The translations under genes and the position numbers were made by a program. A stretch of 64,000 nt of DNA. Source: Sedimentisphaerales bacterium (GTDB lineage: Bacteria > Planctomycetota > Phycisphaerae > Sedimentisphaerales > SM23-30). Numbering within the stretch: position 1 is the stretch's first letter; each line of letters opens with the position of its first letter. Below the pieces are notes generated by a model. That model saw only the letters and a list, made by a program, of their open reading frames with translations, did not search any database and was not told the origin of the DNA. The stretch lies in the NCBI GenBank assembly GCA_963666285.1, contig OY762711.1. The stretch is one strand, 5' to 3'. This document shows positions 18,947 through 29,370 of this stretch, piece after piece.

Positions 18947-20605
18947 CTACTTTTCATCTATTGGATAGCCATGATAGAGGTACATTGCGCCGTAGGTCCA
19001 GTTTGGCCCCTGCATACCGGGGAAGTTTAGCCGGTCCATCATGAGAGCGATATAGGGAGCGGGGTATCCATCGGGCAGAGGAACGACGTTGGGCCAGATG
19101 CGGGTACCGGTTTTGTCGTCCCAGGGCGGCAGGTGCATATTGAGCGAGCCGACCGGATCGAGGTTTGGGTAGGAATAGATATGAACTTTGCGGTCAGCGC
19201 TGCCGAAGAGTGCATATCTTTTTTCGCCGATGGTCTGGAGCTGGGTGCCGGTACTGTCAACAGAAACAGGTCCTGCGATGAGTTTGTATGGTCCGTCCCA
19301 TTGGTCAGATTCGCGGATAACAGCCTTGTACCCTTTATGATTTTCGCAGAGGAGCATGCGCCATTTGCCAGCTTCGGTATCGTATATACATTGGGGATCT
19401 TCGTAGTCGCCGATGAGGCCGGTGGGTTTGGCGGACATAATTGACAAGCCGATAAGAGGAGACTTTGAACTTGTAACGGCCCAGAGCTCTTTCTTTTCTT
19501 TGCGGGTATGGTCGGCGAAAGCGGAGAAGCCGGTAGTGAAGCCCTGCCACTGGTTTTCGGTTCGGTTGTAGAATAAGTTTGACGCGATATCGTTACGGAG
19601 CAGGCCGTCGCCACGGTCGAAGACAATGATACCTTCGAATTTGATATCGAATACGGACGGGTCGAGACTGAAGACGCCCTGCAGATGATGGGGCAGAGCA
19701 CGGCCGCGGAGACTGGCGGTGTACCAGAGCCGATTATCTTTGAAATATGGAGTGCCATCCTCATATGTTATGAAACGGAGGTCGGCCTGGCCGAGCCCGG
19801 GCGAGAGAGATGAGGATGCAGATGATATATCTATAGATGAATTTTCGCTGAGCGAGTTATAGAGCAGAAAGTCGTAACGCTGCATGAGTTTTTTCTGGCG
19901 GAGGTCCAGATGGCGAACGAAGTCAACCTGGCCGATGAGTGTTATCCTATCGTTGTTTTCGATGAGGATGTTGGCACCGCCAGCGAAGACCTGAACGAAG
20001 AGTGATACATGCATGCCGGCTGGGATAGCGGTCGGCAAGTTGAATTCTTTGCGGTCAGCTTGTTTGTTATCTTTTGTAAGGGAATATGTAACTGATTTAT
20101 ATTTGTTGTCGGCAGCGTTGAGGGTGACAGTGATATTGTCTGATGTTGCGGTGTCCTGGAAGATTAGTCCGGTATGGGCCGAGCCCGAAAGGTTGTTGAT
20201 ATTTACCACATAGGCGGCAAAAGGGCTGAAGGAGCCGACCCACCTGATAGAGACTGAAGGCTGGGCAGATGAAATATGAAGCCGACCCTTTGAGATTGAT
20301 AGTTCCGGCGAACCTGACTGAGTGCCGACCGGCGGGTGCATGACATCGAGTCCGACGATGCGGGATGGGTTCAGTTCGGAGAGCGGGATATTTTGGGCCT
20401 GATCAAGAATTATTCGTTTGACTGCCTGGCGGCGGAACTGCAGCCGGTCGGGTGAAAGCCGGTCAGCACATTCTGCGTAAGATAAAAAGAATAGTATAAG
20501 AATAAGAGTAAGCGGCAGATTAGAAAATATTGTCTTTATCTTTCCTTTTTTTACAGGCATAATAATTTGTCCTTTATTTTCAATACGAATTGCAAGTTTA
20601 TACAC
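18947..20605 (-). CDS. Hypothetical secreted protein, possibly with a C-terminal beta-propeller glycosidase-like domain
   Basis: 552-aa ORF with a hydrophobic N-terminal segment; function not recognised with confidence. Confidence 0.65.
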   Translation of the reverse strand: MYKLAIRIENKGQIIMPVKKGKIKTIFSNLPLTLILILFFLSYAECADRLSPDRLQFRRQAVKRIILDQAQNIPLSELNPSRIVGLDVMHPPVGTQSGSPELSISKGRLHISSAQPSVSIRWVGSFSPFAAYVVNINNLSGSAHTGLIFQDTATSDNITVTLNAADNKYKSVTYSLTKDNKQADRKEFNLPTAIPAGMHVSLFVQVFAGGANILIENNDRITLIGQVDFVRHLDLRQKKLMQRYDFLLYNSLSENSSIDISSASSSLSPGLGQADLRFITYEDGTPYFKDNRLWYTASLRGRALPHHLQGVFSLDPSVFDIKFEGIIVFDRGDGLLRNDIASNLFYNRTENQWQGFTTGFSAFADHTRKEKKELWAVTSSKSPLIGLSIMSAKPTGLIGDYEDPQCIYDTEAGKWRMLLCENHKGYKAVIRESDQWDGPYKLIAGPVSVDSTGTQLQTIGEKRYALFGSADRKVHIYSYPNLDPVGSLNMHLPPWDDKTGTRIWPNVVPLPDGYPAPYIALMMDRLNFPGMQGPNWTYGAMYLYHGYPIDEK

Positions 20606-20833
20606 ATTGGGTAAGCAATGATACTTTTTATGCCACGCTCAAACGGGCATTATCAACAGTTATGGGTATATAATTGAGAGACATTTATGATTTTAAGGAC
20701 AGGAGATGATATGTAAAGACAAAAAAAACAGAATTGCAGCCAGAATGTGCATGGACCAAACGCTGTGAAACAAGCTCTTATAGAGATTATTTGAAATTGA
20801 AAAAATAACGACCGATTATTCTGAACCGTTATA

Positions 20834-21139
20834 TTATGATTCACATTCTTCAGTTTTATCTTTTTTATAGATCAGCATCAAGTTGCGAACATAAACAATA
20901 TTATTAAAAAGATGGCCCAGAATAAAAATCGGATCTTTTCTACCGGCAGAATAAATCAGCAGGCCGGTACTGCCAATAACACTAAGATACCAAAATGAAA
21001 CAGGTACAATACTTTTTTTATGCTTTTCGGAAACCAGCCATTGAACCAAGAATCTAGCAAAGAAACAGGTTTGTGCAAATGCCCCCAAAACAATCCATCC
21101 GTCAAGTTTAGCTACTAACTCGTTGAAATACTGTTCCAT
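20834..21139 (-). CDS. Lipid-A-disaccharide synthase N-terminal (LAB_N) domain membrane protein
   Basis: Q..FFARFLVQW..SE....S.VP..FWYLS..G...L.Y...RKDPIF signature; ATG at 21139. Confidence 0.85.
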   Translation of the reverse strand: MEQYFNELVAKLDGWIVLGAFAQTCFFARFLVQWLVSEKHKKSIVPVSFWYLSVIGSTGLLIYSAGRKDPIFILGHLFNNIVYVRNLMLIYKKDKTEECES

Positions 21140-21143
21140 ATAA

Positions 21144-21887
21144 TTAATCTCGCTCAATTTCTCTGGTTTGGTAGATGAAGTTTCGCGATTGCATCCATCG
21201 TATAGCGAAGCAATCGACGAACGCCTTGAAGATCCTGTTCCAAACGCCGTACTTGGCGACACCGGCGGTGCGAGGCCGATGGTTGACAGGAATTTCCTTA
21301 ACTTTATAACCCTGCATTTTAATGAGGGTCGGCAGGAACCGGTGCATGCCGGTGAAAAGCTTGATATTAGCGACACATTCTCGCTTATAGACTTTCAGTC
21401 CGCAAGCGGAATCGTGTATCGACTCGTTAGTAAGCCAGTTTCTGACCCCGTTGGCAATTTTGGTAGATGCAAGCCTAATCCAAGGATCGTTGCGTTCCTT
21501 GCGCCAGCCGTTGACCATATCACATTCGCCGTCGAGGATGAGTTTCAGCATTCGGGGCAGCTCGGCCGGGTCGTTCTGGAGGTCAGCGTCGAGCATGCCA
21601 ATGTGCTCGCCTCGAGAATTGCGGATAGCCGCATCAACCGCGGCGGTCTGTCCGGTACGTTTGCTAAGAGAGATAACCCTGAGTTGAGGGTATTCTGCCA
21701 TGAGCTGCTTGAGTACAGATTCGGTATTGTCCTGACTACAGTCATTGGCGATAACAATTTCCCACTTGCCGGTCAAATCGGTCATGGCAGCAGATATCTG
21801 TTCGACAAGAGGCCGGACGTTGTCCTCTTCGTTAAAAGCCGGAGCTACTACAGATAGTAGTATGTCATTTTTATTATTGTCGGTCAT
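21144..21887 (-). CDS. GT2 polyprenol-phosphate glycosyltransferase (DPM1/ArnC-like)
   Basis: PAFNEE, DCSQD, DADLQNDP, GMHRFLP, NHRPR..G..KYG. Confidence 0.9.
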   Translation of the reverse strand: MTDNNKNDILLSVVAPAFNEEDNVRPLVEQISAAMTDLTGKWEIVIANDCSQDNTESVLKQLMAEYPQLRVISLSKRTGQTAAVDAAIRNSRGEHIGMLDADLQNDPAELPRMLKLILDGECDMVNGWRKERNDPWIRLASTKIANGVRNWLTNESIHDSACGLKVYKRECVANIKLFTGMHRFLPTLIKMQGYKVKEIPVNHRPRTAGVAKYGVWNRIFKAFVDCFAIRWMQSRNFIYQTREIERD

Positions 21888-22318
21888 TTATTACTATGCA
21901 AACCTTACTATTTTATTAACAGGAACTTACAAAATAGTAAAAACTATAATACTATTTGAATTGCGGAGAAATCATAGCTTATAACAAACTATATTATGAT
22001 TTGATAAAATGCCGCAAAAAGCAGTTCCTGTTATGGTACATCTGTTCAAATGTCATGTTCAATCCAGACCTTGTTATTGTAGGTCGAATACTAAACATAA
22101 TACAGATCCATTATTTTAATAATACCGATTATTTTAGCAAATTAAAATTGAATAAAATACCAGCATGTATTCAGGGTATATGCAGTTAATGGCCGATAAA
22201 CGAATAAAGTTAAGTTACGGTACCGCAAAAAGCGGATATATTAGAAAGCTGACACGATAAGTGCGGTATCGCACTTTTGACTGTTCAACATTACACGCAA
22301 AGGCCAGAACAGAGCCAA

Positions 22319-22450
22319 TTAAGTGAAAAATGAATAATGAAGTGAAAAATTAAGGTATTCGACTATCGTCTCACGTTTTGTTTAAAACATAAGCGTTGCA
22401 GGAAGGCCCTTTTAGGCGAGTTTTGCAACTTAAAAACTGCGAAAGTAAAC
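22319..22450 (+). repeat. Composite repeat (family B-like unit plus family A copy 2)
   Basis: Similar over about 130 bp to 41511-41644. Confidence 0.85.
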
Positions 22451-22552
22451 GATAATAGTCGCTATAAAAATGCTCTGTGTTATTGATAGCAGTGAGAATG
22501 CGGAAAAACATACGTAACAAGTTTTAATAAAACGACTTATAGCTAAAAGAAT

Positions 22553-23548
22553 TTGAAAAGAATAAAAATAAAACTGAAAAAATCCAGTATAGTACTTATG
22601 CTGCTGGCAGTACTGACTGCGGCGATGGTAGTACCAGTTTGGGGAGAGTGCCGATATCTACGGGCGATAGACGACCCGCTGGGCCAGGCTCGGAGCAGAG
22701 TATATGAAGTATACGGCGAATACACGGTACGCGGAGCGAAAATCCATATGCCTAGCGTACGAAAGATTTTGAATACCGGTATCAAGCAAATAGCGTGTAT
22801 GGATGATTCGGCTGAGGCCTGGAAGAGTTACCTGCACGAGGAAGATATAATCGCGATAAAATTTTGCGAGGTAGGCGGCCGCCAGCTGGCGACAAACAAG
22901 GAATTTTGCTCTATCCTGCTGCAGATCCTGTATAAAATCGGCTTCAAGCCGGAACAGTTTATGATAATCGGGCTCTATGACCTGCCGGAAGAAGCGGCGG
23001 GGACGATCCCGTGGGAATATGGCTGGCAGGAAGAAAAAGTTGATTTCGGCAGCGATTATGACTACCTGGCAAGCTGGCTGGATAAGGTAACGGCAATAAT
23101 CCATGTGCCATCAGCGATGGATGACAATATAACAGGAATCCGAGGAGCCATAGCGGATATGGCCTGGTCGGTGGTGAAACATCCGGGTAAATACTACGCT
23201 TCTAACGGTGACCCTTTTGTGGCCGAGATATATAATCTGCCGCAGGTACGCGGTAAAATACGTCTGACAATCGTAAATAACCTGCGGTCACTGTTTTACG
23301 GCGGCCCAAATGTTAAGCAGATATTTGTAAGTGAAAACGGCAGTATGCTGTTTAGCAATGACCCGGTCGCACTTGACAGGATAACCATGGAGCTGCTGGC
23401 GAAGCAGCGAGAAGAGAATGACCTGCCGAGCGGAACCAAGCTGTTTCTATCGGCCCCCCACCTGATAACAGCCGAGGCTTTAGGTATTGGCTATCAAGAC
23501 CTGAATATGATACAATATCAATATGTGAAGCATGATAAAAATGAATAA
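22553..23548 (+). CDS. DUF362-like protein
   Basis: DIIAIK, AIIHVP, KIRLTIV, SNDPVALD...LGIG pattern resembles DUF362. Confidence 0.6.
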   Translation: MKRIKIKLKKSSIVLMLLAVLTAAMVVPVWGECRYLRAIDDPLGQARSRVYEVYGEYTVRGAKIHMPSVRKILNTGIKQIACMDDSAEAWKSYLHEEDIIAIKFCEVGGRQLATNKEFCSILLQILYKIGFKPEQFMIIGLYDLPEEAAGTIPWEYGWQEEKVDFGSDYDYLASWLDKVTAIIHVPSAMDDNITGIRGAIADMAWSVVKHPGKYYASNGDPFVAEIYNLPQVRGKIRLTIVNNLRSLFYGGPNVKQIFVSENGSMLFSNDPVALDRITMELLAKQREENDLPSGTKLFLSAPHLITAEALGIGYQDLNMIQYQYVKHDKNE

Positions 23549-23683
23549 GACGAAATATATTTATCCTATTCATTTTTATAGTAAGAAGATAGAAGCGAGA
23601 AGTTAGAAGATTTTGCTATTGCCAATCTCGCACAAAATAACATTTTGCAATATATACAACCAGATATAAGCAGAAAATAATAA

Positions 23684-26600
23684 ATGAAGGCTGAATTTCC
23701 CTGTACTGAGATAATGAAAATAGTAAGCGGGGAAAGTGCGTTTTCATTGCGTGATGTAATATCAGAGCTATCAGGTAAAGAGAGCGGGAAATCACTTGAG
23801 ATTCACGGCAGCTGGGGCAGTTTCGGCAGACTGGCAGCAGCAGCCCTGGAACATTCAACAGCACGCCCGGTGCTGTATATCACCAGCCATATAGACGAAG
23901 CCGATAAGAGCCAGGACGACCTGGAGACCTTTAGCGGTAAGGAAGTTGAGATTATGCCGGCAGCGGAATCAGCAGCCGGGCCAATCAACCCGGTAGGCGA
24001 GATCGCCGGCGAAAGGCTGAAGCTGCTGCGTAAACTACTGGGGTATCGGGGAAATACAAGCTGGATAATTACCAGTTCGATAGCGGCTATGATGCAGCCG
24101 GTGCCGATGCCAAAAGAGTTAATGCGGAACGGGATGAAGGTATCGATGGATCAGCCGGAATCGGTATCATTTGAAGATATGTTGAGCTGGCTGGCCGATA
24201 GCGGCTACGAGCGTGTGGAAGATATCGAAACGCTAGGCGATTTTGCCTGTCGAGGTGGTATTATCGATGTTTTTGCCCCAGGTAACGATCAGCCGATTCG
24301 AATAGAATATTTCGGCGACGAGATAGATTCGATCAGATTTTTTGACATAGATACCCGCCGTTCAATCAAGAAGATAGACGAAGTAATACTGCCGAACTGC
24401 AAAACAGAGGACCGAATCGAAGCACAGTCGACCCTGCTGGATTATCTGCCGGGAAATACTATCCTGGTGATAGAAGAAGGTTCGGAAGTAATCGAGTTCG
24501 GCAGGATATTTCGCGAACGGGCATGGCAGCCGGAATCATTATGGGAAGTGGAAGATATATTCAAGGCAGCGTCAAATTTTGACTGTGTATATATTAATAA
24601 GTATGAGTCGGACATCCATGACAAAAGCTATGCGGTACACGTGCAATCGATACTGGATTACTGGGGTCGCGGGCTGGAGGCCCTGGAGGAGCTGACAGAT
24701 TGTGCCAGGCTGGAGAATAAGAAAGTATACCTGATATGCGATAACCCGGCCCAACAGCATCGAACGGCAGAGAATATCGAAAACGACCGGATAGTAACCG
24801 ATCCGCTGAGCGGTAAGAAGCGGAACTATGAGGGGATGACTGTGCCGGCAAATATGACGCTGGCAATCGGTACACTGAGCCAGGGCTTTTGTCTGCCGGA
24901 CTGTGATATAATCCTGGCAGGTCATCATGAACTGTTTGGAGTAAGGCAGGTCCGGCGCAAGCTCAAGGCGGTCCGGCATACCGAATCGATCGAATCATTT
25001 AACGATCTGCATGAAGGTGATCTGGTAGTACATTTCGCCCATGGAATCGGCAGGTATAGAGGGTTGAAGCTGCTGACCAAGAACAACCGTCAGGAGGAAT
25101 TCCTGGCAATTGAGTTTGCAGATAAAGCGATAATACACGTACCGGCCGGTAAAATCGACCTGATACATAAATATGTCGGGAGCGGTGCCAAGGAAGCGAA
25201 ACTGTCGAAGATCGGCGGCAGGAGCTGGCAGAGGCAGAAGGAGAAAGTAGCCGAGGCGGTTGAAGATATGGCCTCGGAACTGATCGAGATGCAGGCATAC
25301 CGCAATGTTATGCCTGGTATAAAATACCCGGCAGACGATCAGTGGCAAAAGGAATTTGAAGAGGCTTTTCCCTACCAGGCAACAGACGATCAGCTAAAGA
25401 TAACCAAAGAGATAAAAACCGACATGCAGAAGACCCGCCCTATGGACCGACTGCTATGCGGAGATGTAGGTTACGGAAAAACCGAGCTGGCGATACGGGC
25501 AGCATTCAAGGCAGCGACATTCGGCAAACAGGTAGCGGTACTGGTACCAACAACGATACTGGCAGCCCAGCATTTCAGATCATTCAGGGAGAGGATGGGC
25601 GATTTCCCGGTGACGATAGATTGCATCAGCAGATTTCGCAAGGCCAGCGATGTTAAGCGAATAGTGGAAGCGGCAAAAGCGGGAAGACTGGATATTTTGA
25701 TCGGGACACATAGATTATTGAGCGATGATGTTTCGTTTAAGGACCTGGGCCTGATAATAATAGATGAAGAGCAGCGGTTCGGAGTAGCACATAAAGAGAA
25801 GCTCAAGCAGGTACGCAAGACAGTTGATATCCTGACGATGACGGCAACCCCGCTGCCGAGAACGATGCATTCGACACTGCTGGGTATACGCGACATATCA
25901 TCGCTTACGACACCACCGCTGGACAGGCGAAGTATCTCAACGGTGGTAATACCGCCGAGCGACAAGCTGATACAGCAGGCGATAAAACGAGAGATGAGCC
26001 GGGAGGGCCAGGTATTTTTCCTGCATAACCGGGTACAGTCGATATCGACCTTTGCCAACTCGGTCAAGAAGCTTGTGCCGGAAGCGAGGATAATATACGC
26101 ACACGGTCAAATGGCGAAACGTGAGCTGGAGAAGAAGATATCAGACTTTATCGACTATAAAGCGGATGTGCTGGTGAGTACCACGATCATCGAATCCGGA
26201 ATTGATATACCGCGAGCCAATACAATAATAATAGACGAAGCGGACAGGTTCGGTCTGGCAGAACTGCATCAGCTGCGCGGGCGGGTAGGCAGATACAGGC
26301 ACAAGGCCTATGCTTATATGCTGCTGCCAAGGAATCGGAAGCTAAACCCGATAGCCAAGAAGCGACTGAAGGCGATTGAGGAATATTCGTCGCTGGGCAG
26401 CGGGTTCCGGATAGCAATGCGAGACCTGGAGATACGCGGAGCGGGCAACATCCTGGGCTTTGAACAGAGCGGGCATATTGACAGTGTAGGATACGAGTTG
26501 TATTGCAGGCTACTGGCAGCGGCGATCCGCAAGCTGAAAGGTGAGCCGGAACCGGTAACGGCAAGTACACTACTGGAGCTGAACATAAGCAATAATATCC

Positions 26601-26980
26601 CGCGCGGCTACATCCAGAGTGAAAATCACAGGATGGAGATATACAGGCGGATGGTGACGTGTACGAGCCTGGCGGATATCGATCTATTGAGAAATGATAT
26701 AAAAGATCAGTTTGGCAATCTGCCGGAACAGGTGGAATATCTGCTGCAGCTGGCAGAGATCCGGATAAAGGCCTCTGAGAAACACGTCGAAGCGATAATC
26801 CAGAAAGAGCCGGACCTGATATTCAAACTTAAGCCGGAAGCCCACGTGGCAAGCATGTTCGAAAAGGCAGTGGGCAGTGTGCGAATACCGGATACCTCAA
26901 CGGTACATTTGAGGCTGGGCGCCAGGTATTTTGAACATCCGGGGACACTACTGTCAACATTGAGAAGACTGCTGTTTTGA
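23684..26980 (+). CDS. mfd: Transcription-repair coupling factor
   Basis: RGGIIDVF, CarD-like HGIGRY, GDVGYGKTE, DEEQRFGV, QLRGRVGR, DLEIRGAGN and the TRCF C-terminus. Confidence 0.97.
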   Translation: MKAEFPCTEIMKIVSGESAFSLRDVISELSGKESGKSLEIHGSWGSFGRLAAAALEHSTARPVLYITSHIDEADKSQDDLETFSGKEVEIMPAAESAAGPINPVGEIAGERLKLLRKLLGYRGNTSWIITSSIAAMMQPVPMPKELMRNGMKVSMDQPESVSFEDMLSWLADSGYERVEDIETLGDFACRGGIIDVFAPGNDQPIRIEYFGDEIDSIRFFDIDTRRSIKKIDEVILPNCKTEDRIEAQSTLLDYLPGNTILVIEEGSEVIEFGRIFRERAWQPESLWEVEDIFKAASNFDCVYINKYESDIHDKSYAVHVQSILDYWGRGLEALEELTDCARLENKKVYLICDNPAQQHRTAENIENDRIVTDPLSGKKRNYEGMTVPANMTLAIGTLSQGFCLPDCDIILAGHHELFGVRQVRRKLKAVRHTESIESFNDLHEGDLVVHFAHGIGRYRGLKLLTKNNRQEEFLAIEFADKAIIHVPAGKIDLIHKYVGSGAKEAKLSKIGGRSWQRQKEKVAEAVEDMASELIEMQAYRNVMPGIKYPADDQWQKEFEEAFPYQATDDQLKITKEIKTDMQKTRPMDRLLCGDVGYGKTELAIRAAFKAATFGKQVAVLVPTTILAAQHFRSFRERMGDFPVTIDCISRFRKASDVKRIVEAAKAGRLDILIGTHRLLSDDVSFKDLGLIIIDEEQRFGVAHKEKLKQVRKTVDILTMTATPLPRTMHSTLLGIRDISSLTTPPLDRRSISTVVIPPSDKLIQQAIKREMSREGQVFFLHNRVQSISTFANSVKKLVPEARIIYAHGQMAKRELEKKISDFIDYKADVLVSTTIIESGIDIPRANTIIIDEADRFGLAELHQLRGRVGRYRHKAYAYMLLPRNRKLNPIAKKRLKAIEEYSSLGSGFRIAMRDLEIRGAGNILGFEQSGHIDSVGYELYCRLLAAAIRKLKGEPEPVTASTLLELNISNNIPRGYIQSENHRMEIYRRMVTCTSLADIDLLRNDIKDQFGNLPEQVEYLLQLAEIRIKASEKHVEAIIQKEPDLIFKLKPEAHVASMFEKAVGSVRIPDTSTVHLRLGARYFEHPGTLLSTLRRLLF

Positions 26981-27031
26981 TAAGAGACAAGCACTGACCA
27001 GCCTGTAGTACCTGGTTACGATTTACCGTAT

Positions 27032-27064
27032 AAAAAAACGGCCCGGAAGCAGAGCCTCCGAGCC
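27032..27064 (-). terminator. Probable terminator between convergent mfd and fucosidase genes
   Basis: A run followed by the GGCCCGGA...TCCGAGCC hairpin. Confidence 0.55.
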
Positions 27065-27088
27065 TAAATTGAGCTTACCTCCCAATAT

Positions 27089-28879
27089 TCATTTTGCAGG
27101 TTCTATTGTAATAGACCTGATATTAATCGGAGCCCATTTATCTTTGTCGGGAACGATCTCTAAAGTATAATCACCCGGTGTGAGTAAGCTGGTTTGGCAC
27201 AACTGCTGAACCTTGAAACGCTCATATCCGCCGGTAGAATCGGCCCCGGCATCAAATGATTTTTTATTCAGCGAAACAGAGAATCGGCTATCTGAAATTG
27301 AAGCCATATCAGCTTTTATATTGAAACTGCCAGATGTCCGAATTTTGAATTGCCATGAGACCGTGTTTTTGTAATCAGTCCAGAACCCGATATTTTCGTG
27401 ACCATTTTTGGTCTCTACCCTAACATGTAAATTAGTATTTTTATCGTTATGAATTTTAGTTTCCGCTACAGATAATGAAACAACACCATTTTCATCCTGG
27501 GTTGGAAGAACTTTTTCAACTTTGAGCGGCTCGGAAATCTGCAGGATAATAACGGTATCAACTATATTTTTCGGCTCACCGGGGACATGGAGTGTAATAC
27601 CATTTTCGACAGTGTCAAATTTAATAGAAACATTGCCATCAAGCAGATGAGCAGAGTCGATTTTATTTTTTAAGCCAGGGACAAGCAATCTGTTATTGGC
27701 GGGCCAGTCGAAGACATGAAGGTATAAAAGAGTTTTACCGCCCTGCTGTTTTTTGGTACAGCGTCCCCATGGTAATCTTTCGAATGGACTGGCGGTAGTA
27801 CCGTAAATAGAATCGGAGTAGACATTCATCCATTTGCCAATCTGCTCGAGCCGGTCGATACTTTCCTGAGGGAAAGTACCGTCAGGTTTCGGGCCGATAT
27901 TGAGCAGGAAGTTTCCGCCCTTACTGGCGATATCGACAAGTTTACGAATAAGATCAGTTGACGATTTGAAATTTTTATCAGTTTTGTTCCAGCCCCAATA
28001 TCCGTTCATAGTCATGCAGCTTTCCCAGTCGACACCAGGTATGCCGGTAGCAGGTATTTCCTGTTCGGGAGTGCCGTAATCGCCTGCGAACTGCCCTTCC
28101 CTGGTCATGCCCTGCATCCCCTGACGTCCCTTATCAGCACGATTATTGATGATAATATCCGGCTTGAGCGAACGAACATAATTATAGAGATCGAGTCCGC
28201 GTTCATGGGTCCAGGTGTTTTCCCATTCACCATCAAACCACAAAATACCAGGATTGTAAGCGGTTATGATTTCTTTAAGCTGGGTTTTCATATATTTGAC
28301 ATATCTGTCAAAATCAGCACCCTGGGCGGACCAGTCCTCCCACCCCCTACGAGGCAGATAGTCGGGATGATGCCAGTCCATAATAGAATGGTACAGGCAC
28401 ATTTTTATGCCGTATTTTTCACAGGCATCGGTAAGTTCCCTGAGGATATCACGTTTGAACGGAGTACCGTCGACGATATCAAAATCGGTAACCTTGCTGT
28501 CCCAGAGGCAAAATCCGTCATGATGTTTACTGGTAATTACAATGTATTTCATCCCGGCATTTTTCGCCATTTTCACCCACTGCTCGGCATCGAATTTAAC
28601 GGGATTGAACTGATCGCGGAATTTGTCATATTCATCGCGTGGTATCTTGGCAGTTGTCCTGATCCATTCGGCATGTCCGGTACCGCCTTTCCATTCGCCG
28701 GCAGGCACAGAATAAAGTCCCCAATGGATAAACATACCAAAGCGGTCATTTCGCCACCATTGCATACGCTGATCGCGGTCCTGAGGAGACTCATTTAAGA
28801 ATGAATCATCAGCAAAAGCAGAAGATAAGAAAACCAGAACCAATACTAAAGAAACAGCAGATCTGATAATAGATTTCAT
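27089..28879 (-). CDS. GH29 alpha-L-fucosidase with C-terminal CBM-like domain
   Basis: RFGMFIHWG, KHHDGF, LWFDGEW, TPEQ, WESCMT, GGNFLLNIGP. Confidence 0.95.
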   Translation of the reverse strand: MKSIIRSAVSLVLVLVFLSSAFADDSFLNESPQDRDQRMQWWRNDRFGMFIHWGLYSVPAGEWKGGTGHAEWIRTTAKIPRDEYDKFRDQFNPVKFDAEQWVKMAKNAGMKYIVITSKHHDGFCLWDSKVTDFDIVDGTPFKRDILRELTDACEKYGIKMCLYHSIMDWHHPDYLPRRGWEDWSAQGADFDRYVKYMKTQLKEIITAYNPGILWFDGEWENTWTHERGLDLYNYVRSLKPDIIINNRADKGRQGMQGMTREGQFAGDYGTPEQEIPATGIPGVDWESCMTMNGYWGWNKTDKNFKSSTDLIRKLVDIASKGGNFLLNIGPKPDGTFPQESIDRLEQIGKWMNVYSDSIYGTTASPFERLPWGRCTKKQQGGKTLLYLHVFDWPANNRLLVPGLKNKIDSAHLLDGNVSIKFDTVENGITLHVPGEPKNIVDTVIILQISEPLKVEKVLPTQDENGVVSLSVAETKIHNDKNTNLHVRVETKNGHENIGFWTDYKNTVSWQFKIRTSGSFNIKADMASISDSRFSVSLNKKSFDAGADSTGGYERFKVQQLCQTSLLTPGDYTLEIVPDKDKWAPINIRSITIEPAK

Positions 28880-29043
28880 AGTAATTTTCCTTATTCAAAA
28901 AACTTTTACTTATTGCAGTATTTGTACTGACGCAGCAAGAGCATACAGCAGAAACATATTTTTTCGAGGACGGTAAAAAGCGAACATATAATCCAAGACC
29001 CAATTACGCTTCAGCCCTAATTCCCGATAGTATATTTAATTCA

Positions 29044-29103
29044 AAATGCGGCAGGAAGGCCCTTCCAGGCGATTTTTGCATCTTAAAAACTACGGAAGTT
29101 AAC
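29044..29103 (+). repeat. Dispersed repeat family A, copy 3
   Basis: GCAGGAAGGCCCTTCCAGGCGATTTTTGCATCTTAAAAACTACGGAAGTTAAC; shares the upstream AGTATATTTAATTCAAA with copy 1. Confidence 0.8.
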
Positions 29104-29370
29104 AAATATAAAAGTACCAAATATGAAAATTTATACAATAGACAGTTGTAATATCATAATGGATATATGTAATTGCCCGCAAACTTTAAATTATTATCCA
29201 ACAAGATTTTGCGTCACTTATACTATGCAACTCATATACATATAACACATGCTCTTTCAGAAAAATTATCAAACGTAAAAAGAGATAAAGTTATGGAGAA
29301 TTATTGTATTTCAATAACAGCACCCAACAATTTCATCAATAAAATAAGTTATGGCAATTCATCGTTTTTT

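Noticed and set aside
20834..21376. 180-aa ORF, or a frameshift fusion of GT2 with LAB_N
   Set aside because: The LAB_N domain has its own ATG at 21139, 4 nt after the GT2 stop.
22214..22280. Riboswitch or ncRNA (CGGTACCGCA ... TGCGGTATCG pairing)
   Set aside because: A single imperfect hairpin with no recognisable family motif and no second copy.
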